Below, piece by piece: positions 18,994-29,045 of a stretch of DNA of 64,000 nucleotides. The position numbers were made by a program, and so were the translations under genes. The DNA comes from Niveibacterium sp. GTDB lineage: Bacteria; Pseudomonadota; Gammaproteobacteria; Burkholderiales; Rhodocyclaceae. The stretch is taken from contig NZ_JAYRDJ010000019.1 in assembly GCF_041909475.1 (NCBI RefSeq), positions 11,283-75,282 of the forward strand, in the 5' to 3' direction. Numbering within the stretch: position 1 is the stretch's first letter; the number at the start of each line of letters is the position of its first letter. A model generated the notes under the pieces. The model made no database searches, was not told where the DNA came from, and worked only from the letters and a program-made list of their open reading frames with translations.

Positions 18994-19743
18994 ATGACGC
19001 GCCTCCGGATCTGCTCGTACAACATCCACAAGGGTTTCTCGCAGTTCAACCGCCGCATGGTGATTCATGACCTGCGCGAGCGGCTGCGGGGGTTGAATTC
19101 GGATGTGGTGTTCTTGCAGGAGGTGCAGGGGCTGCATCTGGGGCATCAGGCGCAGCACGACGACTGGCCGGCGATGCCGCAGCACGAGTTTCTCGCGCAG
19201 GGCAACTGGCAGCAAACGGCGTATGGCGGTAACGCGGTGTATCGGCAGGGGCACCACGGCAATGCGCTCATTTCGAAGCTGCCGATCCTGACCGCGGATA
19301 ACCAGGATGTGTCGCTGACCCGCTTCGAGCGACGCGGCCTGCTGCATTGTGTGCTGGGCATGGACAACGGTGTGCCGCTGCACGCGATCTGTGTGCATGT
19401 GTCGCTGACCGATGCGCAACGTCGGCGCCAGCTCTCTAGCCTGATCGAGCGGGTGCATGAGGAGATTCCGCCGGACGCGCCGGTGATCATTGCCGGTGAC
19501 TTCAACGATTGGCACAGCAAGGCGAACGAGTGGCTCGCGCGCCAGCTCGGTATGCAGGAGGTGTTTACCGAACTGACGGGGCGGCCGGCGCGCAGCTTCC
19601 CGAGCAAGCTGCCTTTGCTCACGCTCGATCGGATCTACGTACGCCACCTGCGCCCCACCCAGGCCGAAGTGTTGCGCGGCCATGGCTGGGCGAACGTATC
19701 GGACCATGCGCCGCTCACTGCGGAGCTGGTCTACACCGGCTGA
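18994..19743 (+). CDS. Endonuclease/exonuclease/phosphatase family protein (YbhP-like)
   Basis: SYNIHKG, LQEVQG, GDFNDW, LDRIY, SDHAPL. Confidence 0.93.
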   Translation: MTRLRICSYNIHKGFSQFNRRMVIHDLRERLRGLNSDVVFLQEVQGLHLGHQAQHDDWPAMPQHEFLAQGNWQQTAYGGNAVYRQGHHGNALISKLPILTADNQDVSLTRFERRGLLHCVLGMDNGVPLHAICVHVSLTDAQRRRQLSSLIERVHEEIPPDAPVIIAGDFNDWHSKANEWLARQLGMQEVFTELTGRPARSFPSKLPLLTLDRIYVRHLRPTQAEVLRGHGWANVSDHAPLTAELVYTG

Positions 19744-19744
19744 C

Positions 19745-20920
19745 ATGCCTGCGCCGCTGCTCCCCGGTAACGCCCTGACGCTGCTCGAATGCGGTGCGGA
19801 GTACTTCCCCGCGCTGATCGCTGCAATCGACGCCGCGCGCATCGAAGTGCACCTGGAGACCTACATTTACGCCAGCGATGCGACGGGTGAGGCGGTCACT
19901 GCGGCGCTCAGCCGGGCGGCAGCGCGCGGCTGCGCGGTACGGGTGCTGGTGGATGGCTTCGGAGGCCGCGATTTTGTCGATCACACTGCGCCACGGCTCC
20001 GAGAGGCCGGCGTCGAAGTGCTGATCTACCGGCAGGAGCTGCGCGCCCTGCGCTTTCGCCGCCACCGCCTGCGTCGATTGCACCGCAAGCTGGCAGTCAT
20101 CGACGCACGGATTGCCTTCGTTGGCGGCATCAACATCATCGACGACATGGATACGGCCGGCCAGACACCACCGCGCTTCGACTACGCGGTGAAGGTGGAA
20201 GGCCCGCTGCTGGGCCCGATCCACACCTCGGTGCACCGAGTGTGGTGGCTGGTGAGTTGGGCCGGTTTGCGCGAGCGCCCAGCCTGGCAAAGCGAACTGG
20301 CGGCCTCCCCCTTGCCGGTTGGCGCGGTACGCGCCGCCTTCGTAGTGCGCAACAACCTGCGCAACCGGCGCGACATCGAGAACGCCTACCTCGATGCGAT
20401 CGCTCAGGCGCGGCGCGAGATCGTGATTGCGAACGCCTACTTCTTGCCCGGCCGGCGCTTCCGCCAGGCCCTGATCGAAGCTGCGCGGCGGGGTTGCAAC
20501 GTGGTGCTGCTGTTGCAAGGTCGCGTGGAGTACGTATTGCTGCACTACGCCACGCGGGCCCTCTATCCGCACCTGCTGGCCGGCGGTGTGCGCATCTTCG
20601 AATACCGCAAGAGCTTCCTTCACGCAAAGGTGGCGGTATGCGACGGGCACTGGGCGACGGTGGGTTCATCCAACATCGACCCCTTCAGCCTGATGCTCGC
20701 GCGCGAGGCGAATGTGGTGGTCCGTGACGTCGGCTTTGCGGGTGAGCTGCGTTCAAGTCTTGAACATGCGATGCAGGATGGCGCGGTGGAGTTGCTGCTG
20801 GCCGAACACCAGCGCGCCCCGTGGTACCGGCGTTTCGCGAGCTGGGGCGCGTACATGCTGGTGCGCGCGATGATGGGTATTGTCGGCGTGCGAGCCGCCG
20901 ATCGCGGCCCCCCGGGGTAA
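19745..20920 (+). CDS. clsB: Cardiolipin synthase B
   Basis: Two HKD motifs (HRKLAVID, HAKVAVCD), GSSNID, no N-terminal TM, follows a ybhP-like gene. Confidence 0.92.
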   Translation: MPAPLLPGNALTLLECGAEYFPALIAAIDAARIEVHLETYIYASDATGEAVTAALSRAAARGCAVRVLVDGFGGRDFVDHTAPRLREAGVEVLIYRQELRALRFRRHRLRRLHRKLAVIDARIAFVGGINIIDDMDTAGQTPPRFDYAVKVEGPLLGPIHTSVHRVWWLVSWAGLRERPAWQSELAASPLPVGAVRAAFVVRNNLRNRRDIENAYLDAIAQARREIVIANAYFLPGRRFRQALIEAARRGCNVVLLLQGRVEYVLLHYATRALYPHLLAGGVRIFEYRKSFLHAKVAVCDGHWATVGSSNIDPFSLMLAREANVVVRDVGFAGELRSSLEHAMQDGAVELLLAEHQRAPWYRRFASWGAYMLVRAMMGIVGVRAADRGPPG

Positions 20921-21043
20921 TGTCCCCGCCCCGTCACGGGGGCGCCTGCATTTCGCTCCTACTCTCTGCACTTCGCGCCACGCTGGCGTCGGTTCGTCTT
21001 GGCACACTGGTGGATCACTACGGCCGCAAGGCATCATCTCGGC

Positions 21044-22114
21044 ATGAAACCATGCACCCAAAACCCGGTTCCGCCGCGGCACTACCTGAAGGAAGTGCCG
21101 CTGCTGCTCGTCTTCAACACCGTATTCGCCGCGCTGTGGACAACCGTGTCGGGCAGCGGCTTCCGCGAAGCTCTGTTGTATAGCCAGTGCATTGGCGGGC
21201 TCTGTTATCTGTCATCCATCCCGATCCGCTACATCCGCTACCCCGCCCTGAAGTTCGCCTGGGGCATTGCTGGCGGCGCGCTCGGTGTGGTCGGCGGTCT
21301 CATGCTCGCCACGGCCCTCCGCGGCTACCCGGCCACCGCGGCGCTGACGCAATCGCCCTACGCCTGGCGACTGACATTTGGTTTCTCGGCCATCGCGTTT
21401 GCCGTCTGCTTCGCATTCTTCTGGTGGCGCGAAGTCGCAGAGCGCCGCGCGGCGGAGCTCGCCACCCGCGCCGCGCAGGCCGACTTCGCGCGTACCGAAG
21501 CCGAACGTGCCGCCGCGAGCGCGCAGCTGGCCGCGCTGCAGGCACAGATCGAACCGCATTTCCTGTTCAACACCCTCGCCAACCTGCGCAGCCTGATCGG
21601 CCGCGACCCCGAACTGGCGCGCACCCTGCTCGATCGCCTGATCGAATGGTTGCGCGCCACGCTGCAGGCCTCGCGCACACCGCACATGACGCTGGCCGCC
21701 GAGTTCGATCTTCTGAGCGCCTACCTCGACATCCAGCGCATCCGCATGGGCGGCAGGCTGACGTTCGAGATCCATATTGACCAGGCTTTGCGCGAGCTAC
21801 CGCTCCCGCCGCTGCTGCTGCAGCCGCTGGTGGAAAACGCCATCGCTCACGGCATCGAACAGAAGGCCGGTCCGGCGCACATTGCCCTGCTTGCCGAACA
21901 GCACAACGGCTGGGTGCGCCTCTCGGTCACCGATGATGGCGTCGGCCTCGGCGCGTCGACAACGCACGGCACCGGCCTCGGGCTGGAGAATGTGCAAGCG
22001 CGCCTGGCTTCATGCTTTGGCGACGATGCGCGTCTGTCGGTCGAAGGCGCGCCGGCCGGCGGCGTGCGTGCAAGCATCGAGATTGCAGCCCATCGTGCCG
22101 GAGTGCCCGCATGA
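21044..22114 (+). CDS. LytS-family sensor histidine kinase
   Basis: TM helices, LQAQIEPHFLFNTL, LLQPLVENAI.HG, DDGVG, GLGL.NV. Confidence 0.93.
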   Translation: MKPCTQNPVPPRHYLKEVPLLLVFNTVFAALWTTVSGSGFREALLYSQCIGGLCYLSSIPIRYIRYPALKFAWGIAGGALGVVGGLMLATALRGYPATAALTQSPYAWRLTFGFSAIAFAVCFAFFWWREVAERRAAELATRAAQADFARTEAERAAASAQLAALQAQIEPHFLFNTLANLRSLIGRDPELARTLLDRLIEWLRATLQASRTPHMTLAAEFDLLSAYLDIQRIRMGGRLTFEIHIDQALRELPLPPLLLQPLVENAIAHGIEQKAGPAHIALLAEQHNGWVRLSVTDDGVGLGASTTHGTGLGLENVQARLASCFGDDARLSVEGAPAGGVRASIEIAAHRAGVPA

Positions 22115-22884
22115 CCACGACCATCCGCGCCGTCGTTGCTGACGACGAACCCTTGCTGCGCGCCGACCTTGTCGACACCCTGCAGCAACTGTGGCCCGCC
22201 CTGCAGATCGTTGCGGAAGCCGGTGACGGTGACAGCGCTTTGGCCGCCTGCCGTGCGCAGCGCCCGGACATCGCGTTTCTCGACATACGCATGCCGGGGC
22301 AGTCCGGCATGTCGGTCGCGCAACGCTTGCTCGACGAAGGGATCGCGCCGTTGGTGGTGTTCGTCACCGCGTATGACAGCTTTGCGGTGGAGGCATTCGA
22401 ACGCGAAGCGGTGGACTACCTGCTCAAGCCCTTCACCACGCAGCGGCTGGAATACTGCATCGCAAAGCTGCGCAAGCGCCTGGAACAACCTTCCGCAGCG
22501 CCGGATCTTGGCAGCCTGATCGCAGCGCTGCAGCGTGGTGTCGCGCCCGCGCAGCCGGCCCGGCTCAACTGGGTGCGCGCAGCCGTCGGCGATACGGTGA
22601 AGATGCTCGCCGTGAAGGACGTGGTGTATTTCGCCGCCACCGACAAATATGTGGCGGTGTTCACGCAGGAAGGTGAGTCACTGATCCGCACGCCCTTGAA
22701 AGAGCTGCTGGATCAGCTGGACCCGGCAGACTTCCAGCAGGTTCATCGCGGCCTCATCGTGAACCTGCGCCATGTGCAGAGCGCGCGGCCGGACGGCAAT
22801 GGCCGCGTGCAGCTCAAGCTCACCGGCCGGCCCGAGACGCTGACCGTATCGCGCAGCTACGCCCACCTGTTCCGGCAGATGTAG
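22111..22884 (+). CDS. LytTR-family response regulator
   Basis: ADDEP, FLDIRMP, VTAYD, DYLLKP, FQQVHRGLIVN, VSRSY. Confidence 0.95.
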   Translation: MTTTIRAVVADDEPLLRADLVDTLQQLWPALQIVAEAGDGDSALAACRAQRPDIAFLDIRMPGQSGMSVAQRLLDEGIAPLVVFVTAYDSFAVEAFEREAVDYLLKPFTTQRLEYCIAKLRKRLEQPSAAPDLGSLIAALQRGVAPAQPARLNWVRAAVGDTVKMLAVKDVVYFAATDKYVAVFTQEGESLIRTPLKELLDQLDPADFQQVHRGLIVNLRHVQSARPDGNGRVQLKLTGRPETLTVSRSYAHLFRQM

Positions 22885-22897
22885 CCGCGCGGCGCGC

Positions 22898-23317
22898 TCA
22901 GAGGTTCTCTTCCTTCTGGGTGAAGTCGTGGCGGCTGTCGCGGGTGTTCTTCTGCACGGCCACTGCGGCAAACAGGCTCAGCGCGAAGGCCATCGCGTAG
23001 AAACCCTTCTCGCTCGGCGCCAGTGTGGCGTTCCATAGCCCCACGCAGAGCAGCAGGATCGATACCGCCACCGATACCCAGGCGAGGCCGAAGTAGATGC
23101 CGGTGACCGGAATGCCTTCAAGCCTGTCGCGCACACTCTTCTGCAGCGACACCGCCGCGAACAGGCCGTACAGGATCAGCGTGAAGTAGTAGCCCTTCTC
23201 GTTGAGCTGCATCTGTGCATTCCACAGGCCGGCGCAGTAGGCGCCAACGCCCAGGAACAACGCGATCCAAGATGCGCCGACGAACGCGGCGGACGGTTTG
23301 TAAAGTTCGCTTGCCAT
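22898..23317 (-). CDS. yiaA: Inner membrane protein YiaA
   Basis: Two repeats of GLWNA.....EKG(Y/F)Y......LFAAV..QK..RD. Confidence 0.9.
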   Translation of the reverse strand: MASELYKPSAAFVGASWIALFLGVGAYCAGLWNAQMQLNEKGYYFTLILYGLFAAVSLQKSVRDRLEGIPVTGIYFGLAWVSVAVSILLLCVGLWNATLAPSEKGFYAMAFALSLFAAVAVQKNTRDSRHDFTQKEENL

Positions 23318-23517
23318 GTTTCCTCTTGGTTTGATTTCAGTCTTCGTTGCCGGGTTGCATTGTCAATTGAGCGCGCTCGCGGCGCGAGACACAAATGCAG
23401 CCGGCAGCGACAGATTCCGCGCCGCACGCGCTGCCCGCAAGGGGGTGCGGCGCCGGTATCAGAACATGCGCCGGACGGGATCGCCTACGCGTGCCCACCT
23501 CGGCCGCCGCGCCACGC

Positions 23518-26088
23518 TCAAGGCAGCAGCGTCACGTCGAGCGCCTCATCAACGCTACGCTCGCCAAGCCGCAGCGTGACACCGCCCTCGCTGGCATACC
23601 AGCCCACCGTTGAGCCCGCCGCATCCGCGGCCGGCAACACAGCGCCGCCAACGCGCACTTCACGCACGCCGGCACCGCCGAGCAGGAATTCCAGCGTGAG
23701 CTTGCGTTTGGCCGTGGCGCCGCTACGGTTGTCCGGCTGCAGCGTAAATCGCACTTCGCCGGCGCCACCGCGCTGTGCGGTCAGTGCGGTGCGCGCCACC
23801 TGCCCCGCTTCATAGCCACGCGTGACGCCGTCGTCCTCGACCAGCGTGAAGCGGCTCACGGTGGCGGCTGGCACGATGCGCACGAGCAGATCGTCGAACC
23901 AGTGGATCGCACGATCGCGCGGGTCACCAAGGTGCGCAGGTGCGTCGCGCAGCATCGGCACGATCGCCCCTTCGCGCAGGAAGATCGGCGCGCGCAACTG
24001 ATCGGCCACCAGCAGATTCTCCTGGCTGAGCGCCCCCTGCGAATCGATCCGCCGAGCAGGGGCATAGAAGTCAGTCCAGGCACCCGCGGGCAGATACACG
24101 CCCATCGTCGCGTCGGTACCACTCGGTGCACCAAACAGCAACCAGGGGCCGATCATCTTGGTGGTGACGACGCTGCGCGCGGCCTTGTCTTGCTGGAAGT
24201 AGTACGCGAGCGGCGGGAACATTGCATCACCCTGATCGTGGGCCGCGTGCGCCAGGCTGTACAGATAGGGCACCAGGCGGTAACGCAATTTCAGCGCGGC
24301 GAGATTGCTTGCCGCATCGCCGATGCGGTCCGGCGCCGTCTCGGTGCAGTTGCAGAGGTTCTGCACATGCGGCCGCAGCGGCACATCAAGCAAGGCGCTG
24401 GTCGCGAACCAGCGGGTGTAGAGCTTCGACAGCGGCGCGCCACCCATGCCGGCACGATCGAATCCGCCGACATCGGAGCCGTAGTAGTCGAAGCCCGAGA
24501 GGCTCATGTTGGCCTGTGCCGTCATCTGTGCGCCGAGCGCAGCGAACGAGGACTGCACATCGCCCGACCAGGTTGCAACGCCGAAGCGCTGGCTGCCCGC
24601 GGCGCCTGAACGGCTCAGTATCCACGGCCGCCGCTCCGGGTGCGTGCGTGCGGTGTCGGCCGCGATGCTGCGGCTCCAGAAGAAGTTGAGCAGGTTGTGC
24701 ACGTCAGCATGGCGAGTCGGATGTGCGCCGTACCAGTCGATGCCGAAGTACTGCGACGAAGGGCTGAACATCTCGGGTTCGCCAAGGTCGGTCCAATGGC
24801 CCAGCACGCCGTCGTTGATCAAGGCCACACGCTTGGCGTCGTGCCACCAACTGCCCGCACCGGGGTTGGACCAGTCGATCATGCCGCCGATGCCCCACCA
24901 AGGGTTGCTGCTGAGCACCGTTGCCTCGGTGCACGGCGGCGCGCAGTCCATGGCGAGGTGACGTTGATCCGCCAGCGCGCGGAACTCGGACAGCGCCGCG
25001 CCGATGTAGCTTTCCTCGATCAGCACGGTGCCAACGCCGTTCGCGGCATAGCCGGCGAGTTTGGCGGCCGGATCGGGGAACTTGCCGGTCGCCCAGCTGA
25101 GCTTGCCCATCGACGTCGTTTGCGAACCGCTGTTGATGCCACCGAACCATTGCAGATCCAGCACCGCGCCATCGACCGGAAAGCCCTTGCCGTGCAGCGT
25201 GGCAAGCTTGTCGTCGAGCTCTGCCCAGTTGTCGTAGCCGTACTCGGATATCCAGAGGCCGAATGCCTTCAAGGGTGGCACCGGCGGCGTGCCGGTGAGC
25301 GACACGTAATCGCGCCGCAGATCAGGCAGGTCGGCACCAGTGAACACGAAGAGGCCCAGCGAGGGCGAAGGGCTGTCGAGCGTCCAGTTCGCCGCTCGAA
25401 GATCAAAACTCAGCGGATAGGCGGAGTCGACGAACAAGCCCCAGTTGCGACGCCCCTCGCCGAGCACATAGGCCACCGGCACTTGCATGTCGCCAGAGGC
25501 AGAGATGTCGGAGTACGTCATCGCATTGCCGTAGCGGCTCGCCGGCACGCGCTGTGTGCCAAGCCAGGAAGGTGACCTCCCCGCGCCGCTGACGAGGCGT
25601 TCGCCCAGCCCCAGCACCTCGGTCGCGCCCTCGCCGGAAAGTGTCAAGCGTAGTCGCTCGGTCTGCCAGTCCTGCACGCACAGCCGTGTCAGCACGCGTT
25701 GCTCTGGTTGCCTAGCCGACACGCGCCAGCAGCCTTGATCGAGCTCCACCATCAGCTCGTCGGTCGTGAGGCGCTTGGCGTCCGCATCCCAAGCGTAGCT
25801 CGCCGGCCCGCTGAAGTTGCGCGGCGCGATCATCGGCGAGAGGAAGGGCGTGCCCGGTTCGATCTGCGCGCTGTAGGCAACATGCAGCATGTCGCCGCGC
25901 AGCAGTGTGAGCATCACTTGATGGCCGGCCTGGCTCAGGCGCACTTGCGGCGTCGCCGATTCGAAGTAGCTGACCTCCGCGGGTGGCGTGGTAGGTGCCG
26001 GCGTCGCCGCGCTGGCGCCGCCACCGCCGCAACCCGCCAACAGCAGACTGCCGGCACTGATCAGCGCCGCCCAGCCGCGCGCTTGCAT
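23518..26088 (-). CDS. Glycoside hydrolase family 31 lipoprotein
   Basis: LLAG-C lipobox, LDLQWF, KFPDP, HWTDLGEPE (nucleophile), SRSG, WSGD, SDVGGF (acid/base), DDG.T C-terminal domain. Confidence 0.9.
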   Translation of the reverse strand: MQARGWAALISAGSLLLAGCGGGGASAATPAPTTPPAEVSYFESATPQVRLSQAGHQVMLTLLRGDMLHVAYSAQIEPGTPFLSPMIAPRNFSGPASYAWDADAKRLTTDELMVELDQGCWRVSARQPEQRVLTRLCVQDWQTERLRLTLSGEGATEVLGLGERLVSGAGRSPSWLGTQRVPASRYGNAMTYSDISASGDMQVPVAYVLGEGRRNWGLFVDSAYPLSFDLRAANWTLDSPSPSLGLFVFTGADLPDLRRDYVSLTGTPPVPPLKAFGLWISEYGYDNWAELDDKLATLHGKGFPVDGAVLDLQWFGGINSGSQTTSMGKLSWATGKFPDPAAKLAGYAANGVGTVLIEESYIGAALSEFRALADQRHLAMDCAPPCTEATVLSSNPWWGIGGMIDWSNPGAGSWWHDAKRVALINDGVLGHWTDLGEPEMFSPSSQYFGIDWYGAHPTRHADVHNLLNFFWSRSIAADTARTHPERRPWILSRSGAAGSQRFGVATWSGDVQSSFAALGAQMTAQANMSLSGFDYYGSDVGGFDRAGMGGAPLSKLYTRWFATSALLDVPLRPHVQNLCNCTETAPDRIGDAASNLAALKLRYRLVPYLYSLAHAAHDQGDAMFPPLAYYFQQDKAARSVVTTKMIGPWLLFGAPSGTDATMGVYLPAGAWTDFYAPARRIDSQGALSQENLLVADQLRAPIFLREGAIVPMLRDAPAHLGDPRDRAIHWFDDLLVRIVPAATVSRFTLVEDDGVTRGYEAGQVARTALTAQRGGAGEVRFTLQPDNRSGATAKRKLTLEFLLGGAGVREVRVGGAVLPAADAAGSTVGWYASEGGVTLRLGERSVDEALDVTLLP

Positions 26089-26124
26089 GGTTTCACTTCG
26101 CATCGGAATCACCCTTCTAATTGA

Positions 26125-27243
26125 TCAGTTGCAGCTTTCCGTTGCGCCGTCGCGAATCAGATCGGGCAGCATCAACATCGGCGTGACAAAGCATTTCACC
26201 GCGCCGGCGCTGTCGCGCTTCGCCCGCGTCATCCACTCTGCCATGAAGCGATCGTCGCCGATCGGCAGGAAGCTCATCGGTGCGCGCCCGTTGCCAAAGC
26301 TCAGCATCAGCCGATCACCCGCCATGCTCATCGTGACGGTGAGGTTGTTTTCGCCACGATACGTGCCGACGTAGTCGGCGGCGTTGATCAGCGTCGTCTC
26401 CTCACTCGCGTCCGGGCGCGACTGCGCGAGCATCCAGCCGATCGGTTCGGCTTGCAGCGCCTCCCATTGCGTTTCGCCGTGGCCCTTGTTGGTCTCGTGA
26501 TAGTCGGGTTGGCCGCCGGCGCCGCGCAGGATCGCCACCGGGTTGCGTGCCCAGGCAATCGGCACGCTCTGATCTGGAACCCCCGCGTACACCCGCATCG
26601 GCGTATCGATGATGCGGGCGAAGCTGGCTCCCCAGTCGGCCGCAGTCGTGATCGGCTGGTGGCGATCGTAGGAGTCCGTGTCGTTCGACAGCCCACCCAC
26701 GACCGGCATCACCGCGGCAAAGCGCTTCGGGTAGGCCAGCACCATGCTCCAGGACCCGAATCCGCCAAGACTGCCGCCAGTAATGCTGACGCGGGTCTTG
26801 TCCACCGCGAAGCGCTGTTCGACATCGCGGATCACCATGTCGATGAAGGCCGGGTCGTGCCAGTCGACCTTATGGCCATGGGTATTCACATCCTGCTGGG
26901 GCTGCACAACGATCGCCGGCAGCCCTTTCTGGTTGTCCTTCATGTAGCCCATGATGCCCTGTTGACTCAGGCTACTGAGCACCAGGCCGGAAAACGGCTG
27001 CGACCCATGCAGATAGATGATCAGCGGCCATTTCGCCGTCGCGTCGTCGCCGTAACCCTTGGGCAGGTAGAGCAGGTAGTTCGACGCACCGTCGACCGGC
27101 GTCGCCAGTTTCTCCTGCGTCACCGTGATCGTATCGCCGGCAATCGGCGGCGTAACCGTGCCGGTTCCGTCGCCACCACCACCGCAGGCCGCAAGCAGCA
27201 AGAGGGCCAGCAGGCTGGCCGTACGCAGAATCCTCGAACGCAT
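26125..27243 (-). CDS. Alpha/beta hydrolase (esterase-like) lipoprotein with C-terminal DUF3471-like domain
   Basis: LAA-C lipobox, YLLYLP, IYLHGS, VDKTRV.ITGGSLGG (GxSxG), D..VP, GH; YVGTY...GDDRF tail. Confidence 0.8.
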   Translation of the reverse strand: MRSRILRTASLLALLLLAACGGGGDGTGTVTPPIAGDTITVTQEKLATPVDGASNYLLYLPKGYGDDATAKWPLIIYLHGSQPFSGLVLSSLSQQGIMGYMKDNQKGLPAIVVQPQQDVNTHGHKVDWHDPAFIDMVIRDVEQRFAVDKTRVSITGGSLGGFGSWSMVLAYPKRFAAVMPVVGGLSNDTDSYDRHQPITTAADWGASFARIIDTPMRVYAGVPDQSVPIAWARNPVAILRGAGGQPDYHETNKGHGETQWEALQAEPIGWMLAQSRPDASEETTLINAADYVGTYRGENNLTVTMSMAGDRLMLSFGNGRAPMSFLPIGDDRFMAEWMTRAKRDSAGAVKCFVTPMLMLPDLIRDGATESCN

Positions 27244-27656
27244 TATTTCTCCTCAACGCAAAGGGCGGACATGGGCGCACCCGCCGTGGCGGCTGCCACT
27301 CGACAGCACGGGTAAGGCCACGCGGATGTACCCGAACTGGATCCGTGTCACCGCAGGAGACAGCTCCAGCGGCAGCTTCATTTGCGCAGGCGTTTGAGGC
27401 CACGCCGACTCGCGGCGTGGGCGCGGCGATAGGGCTGCCGCGCACAGGACCCGCAGCACATCGGGGCGCCGCGTAGCCTGTCTGGCCCGCAGTGTAGTCG
27501 CTGGCCCTGCGCGCTGTCGGCAACAATGACGAACGAATCACGGACTTTTGACACGGCGCAGACCAGCGCCTACCGCTTCCCGTTGCGGCGCGCCCCGGCT
27601 ACGCTTGCGGCCTTACCCCGCAGAACGAGGGGGGGGAACAGCAGATCGGGGTCATC

Positions 27657-28391
27657 ATGCGCATTGCCTTCGTATCGGATATCCACGGCAACCTGCCCGC
27701 ACTCGAAGCGGTGGTCGCGGACATCCGCGGCCACGGCGCGGACCTCATCGCGAACCTTGGTGACAGCCTTTCGGGCCCGCTGCTGCCGCGTGAGACCGCG
27801 CAGTACCTGATCGCCGCCGGCTGGCCCACACTGGCCGGCAACCACGAGCGCCAACTGCTGACACAAGCTCCCGACCACCAGGGCGCGTCGGACGCCTACG
27901 CTTTCTCCCAACTGGGCGAGGCCGAGTTCGCCTGGATGCGCAGCCAGCCCGGCACGCTGCAACTGCAGCCGGATGTATTCGTCTGCCACGGCACGCCTGC
28001 GAGCGACCTCGAGTATTTCTTCGAAACGCTCACCCCTGCCGGCGCACGCATCGCCAACGCCGCCGAAGTCCGCGCACGGCTCGGCAACCAGAGAGCGCCC
28101 CTTGTCGTGTGCGGCCACTCTCACATGCCGCGGATGCTCCGCCTTGACGAGCAATGGCTGCTCAATCCCGGCAGCGTCGGGCTACAGGCCTTCCGCGGCG
28201 AATACCCCTATCCGCACACGATAGAAACCGGCTCGCCGGACGCCCGCTACGCGATCGCCGAACAGCGCGGTAGCGTCTGGCATCTGTCGCTGCACGCCGT
28301 ACCCTACGACTTCGAGTCGATGGCGCAACTGGCCGAAACGCACGGCCGACCGGAATGGGCGCAGGCGCTGCGCTCCGGTTATATCGGGTGA
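27657..28391 (+). CDS. Metallophosphoesterase family protein
   Basis: SDIHGN, LGD, GNHE, CHG, GHSH, NPGSVG. Confidence 0.92.
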   Translation: MRIAFVSDIHGNLPALEAVVADIRGHGADLIANLGDSLSGPLLPRETAQYLIAAGWPTLAGNHERQLLTQAPDHQGASDAYAFSQLGEAEFAWMRSQPGTLQLQPDVFVCHGTPASDLEYFFETLTPAGARIANAAEVRARLGNQRAPLVVCGHSHMPRMLRLDEQWLLNPGSVGLQAFRGEYPYPHTIETGSPDARYAIAEQRGSVWHLSLHAVPYDFESMAQLAETHGRPEWAQALRSGYIG

Positions 28392-28441
28392 GCCTCGCAT
28401 TCGGCGCGTGCGCGGCGTTGCGCAATCACGCGCAGTCGGAA

Positions 28442-28891
28442 TTAGCGCCGCCGCTGCGCCAGCAAGCGATCCAGCGCGGCACCAAAGGCGCGCGTATCCG
28501 CTGCGGAGAAGCCGGCCGGCCCGCCGGTTTCGACACCGGAATCACGCAGGCCCTGCATGAAGTCGCGCATCGAAAGCCGCTCGCGGATGTTGTCCTTCGT
28601 CAGCCGTTCCCCGCGCGGGTCCAGTACCAGGCCACCGCGCTCGATCACCTGTGAGGCGAGCGGGATGTCGGCGGTGATCACCAGATCGCCAGGCGACACG
28701 CGCTGCGCGATCTCGTCGTCCGCCACATCGAAGCCCTTGGGTACCTGCACCGAGCGGATGTAGGGCGATGGCGGCACCGCGATCATCTGGTTCGCGATCA
28801 GGGTCACCGGAATCGTCGTGCGGGTAGCTGCACGGAACAGGATCTCGCGTATCACGCGCGGGCAGGCGTCGGCATCAACCCAAATCTGCAT
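28442..28891 (-). CDS. YaiI/YqxD family protein (DUF188)
   Basis: [29 protein letters not shown]. Confidence 0.93.
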   Translation of the reverse strand: MQIWVDADACPRVIREILFRAATRTTIPVTLIANQMIAVPPSPYIRSVQVPKGFDVADDEIAQRVSPGDLVITADIPLASQVIERGGLVLDPRGERLTKDNIRERLSMRDFMQGLRDSGVETGGPAGFSAADTRAFGAALDRLLAQRRR

Positions 28892-29045
28892 GGTGGGCGT
28901 CTCAGTTTCTGAAGCACACAGAATACGACAGACGCTGCATGGAAGAACCCGCTTGTCGCGGCGGTAGAATGCCAAATGGCAAAACAGCGCCCGCCCAGCA
29001 CAACGGTATTGCCGGCACGCGCGCCCCTGTTTGCATGGAGGCCTC

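Noticed and set aside
27253-27459. Short minus-strand ORF or possible riboswitch upstream of the esterase
   Set aside because: No recognisable protein motif, and I could not match c-di-GMP or other riboswitch consensus elements; an Rfam search would be needed.
27629-27636. G8 tract about 20 bp upstream of the metallophosphoesterase, and a G7 run inside vgrG (12286-12292)
   Set aside because: Too short to imply phase variation in a GC-rich genome; vgrG remains in frame.
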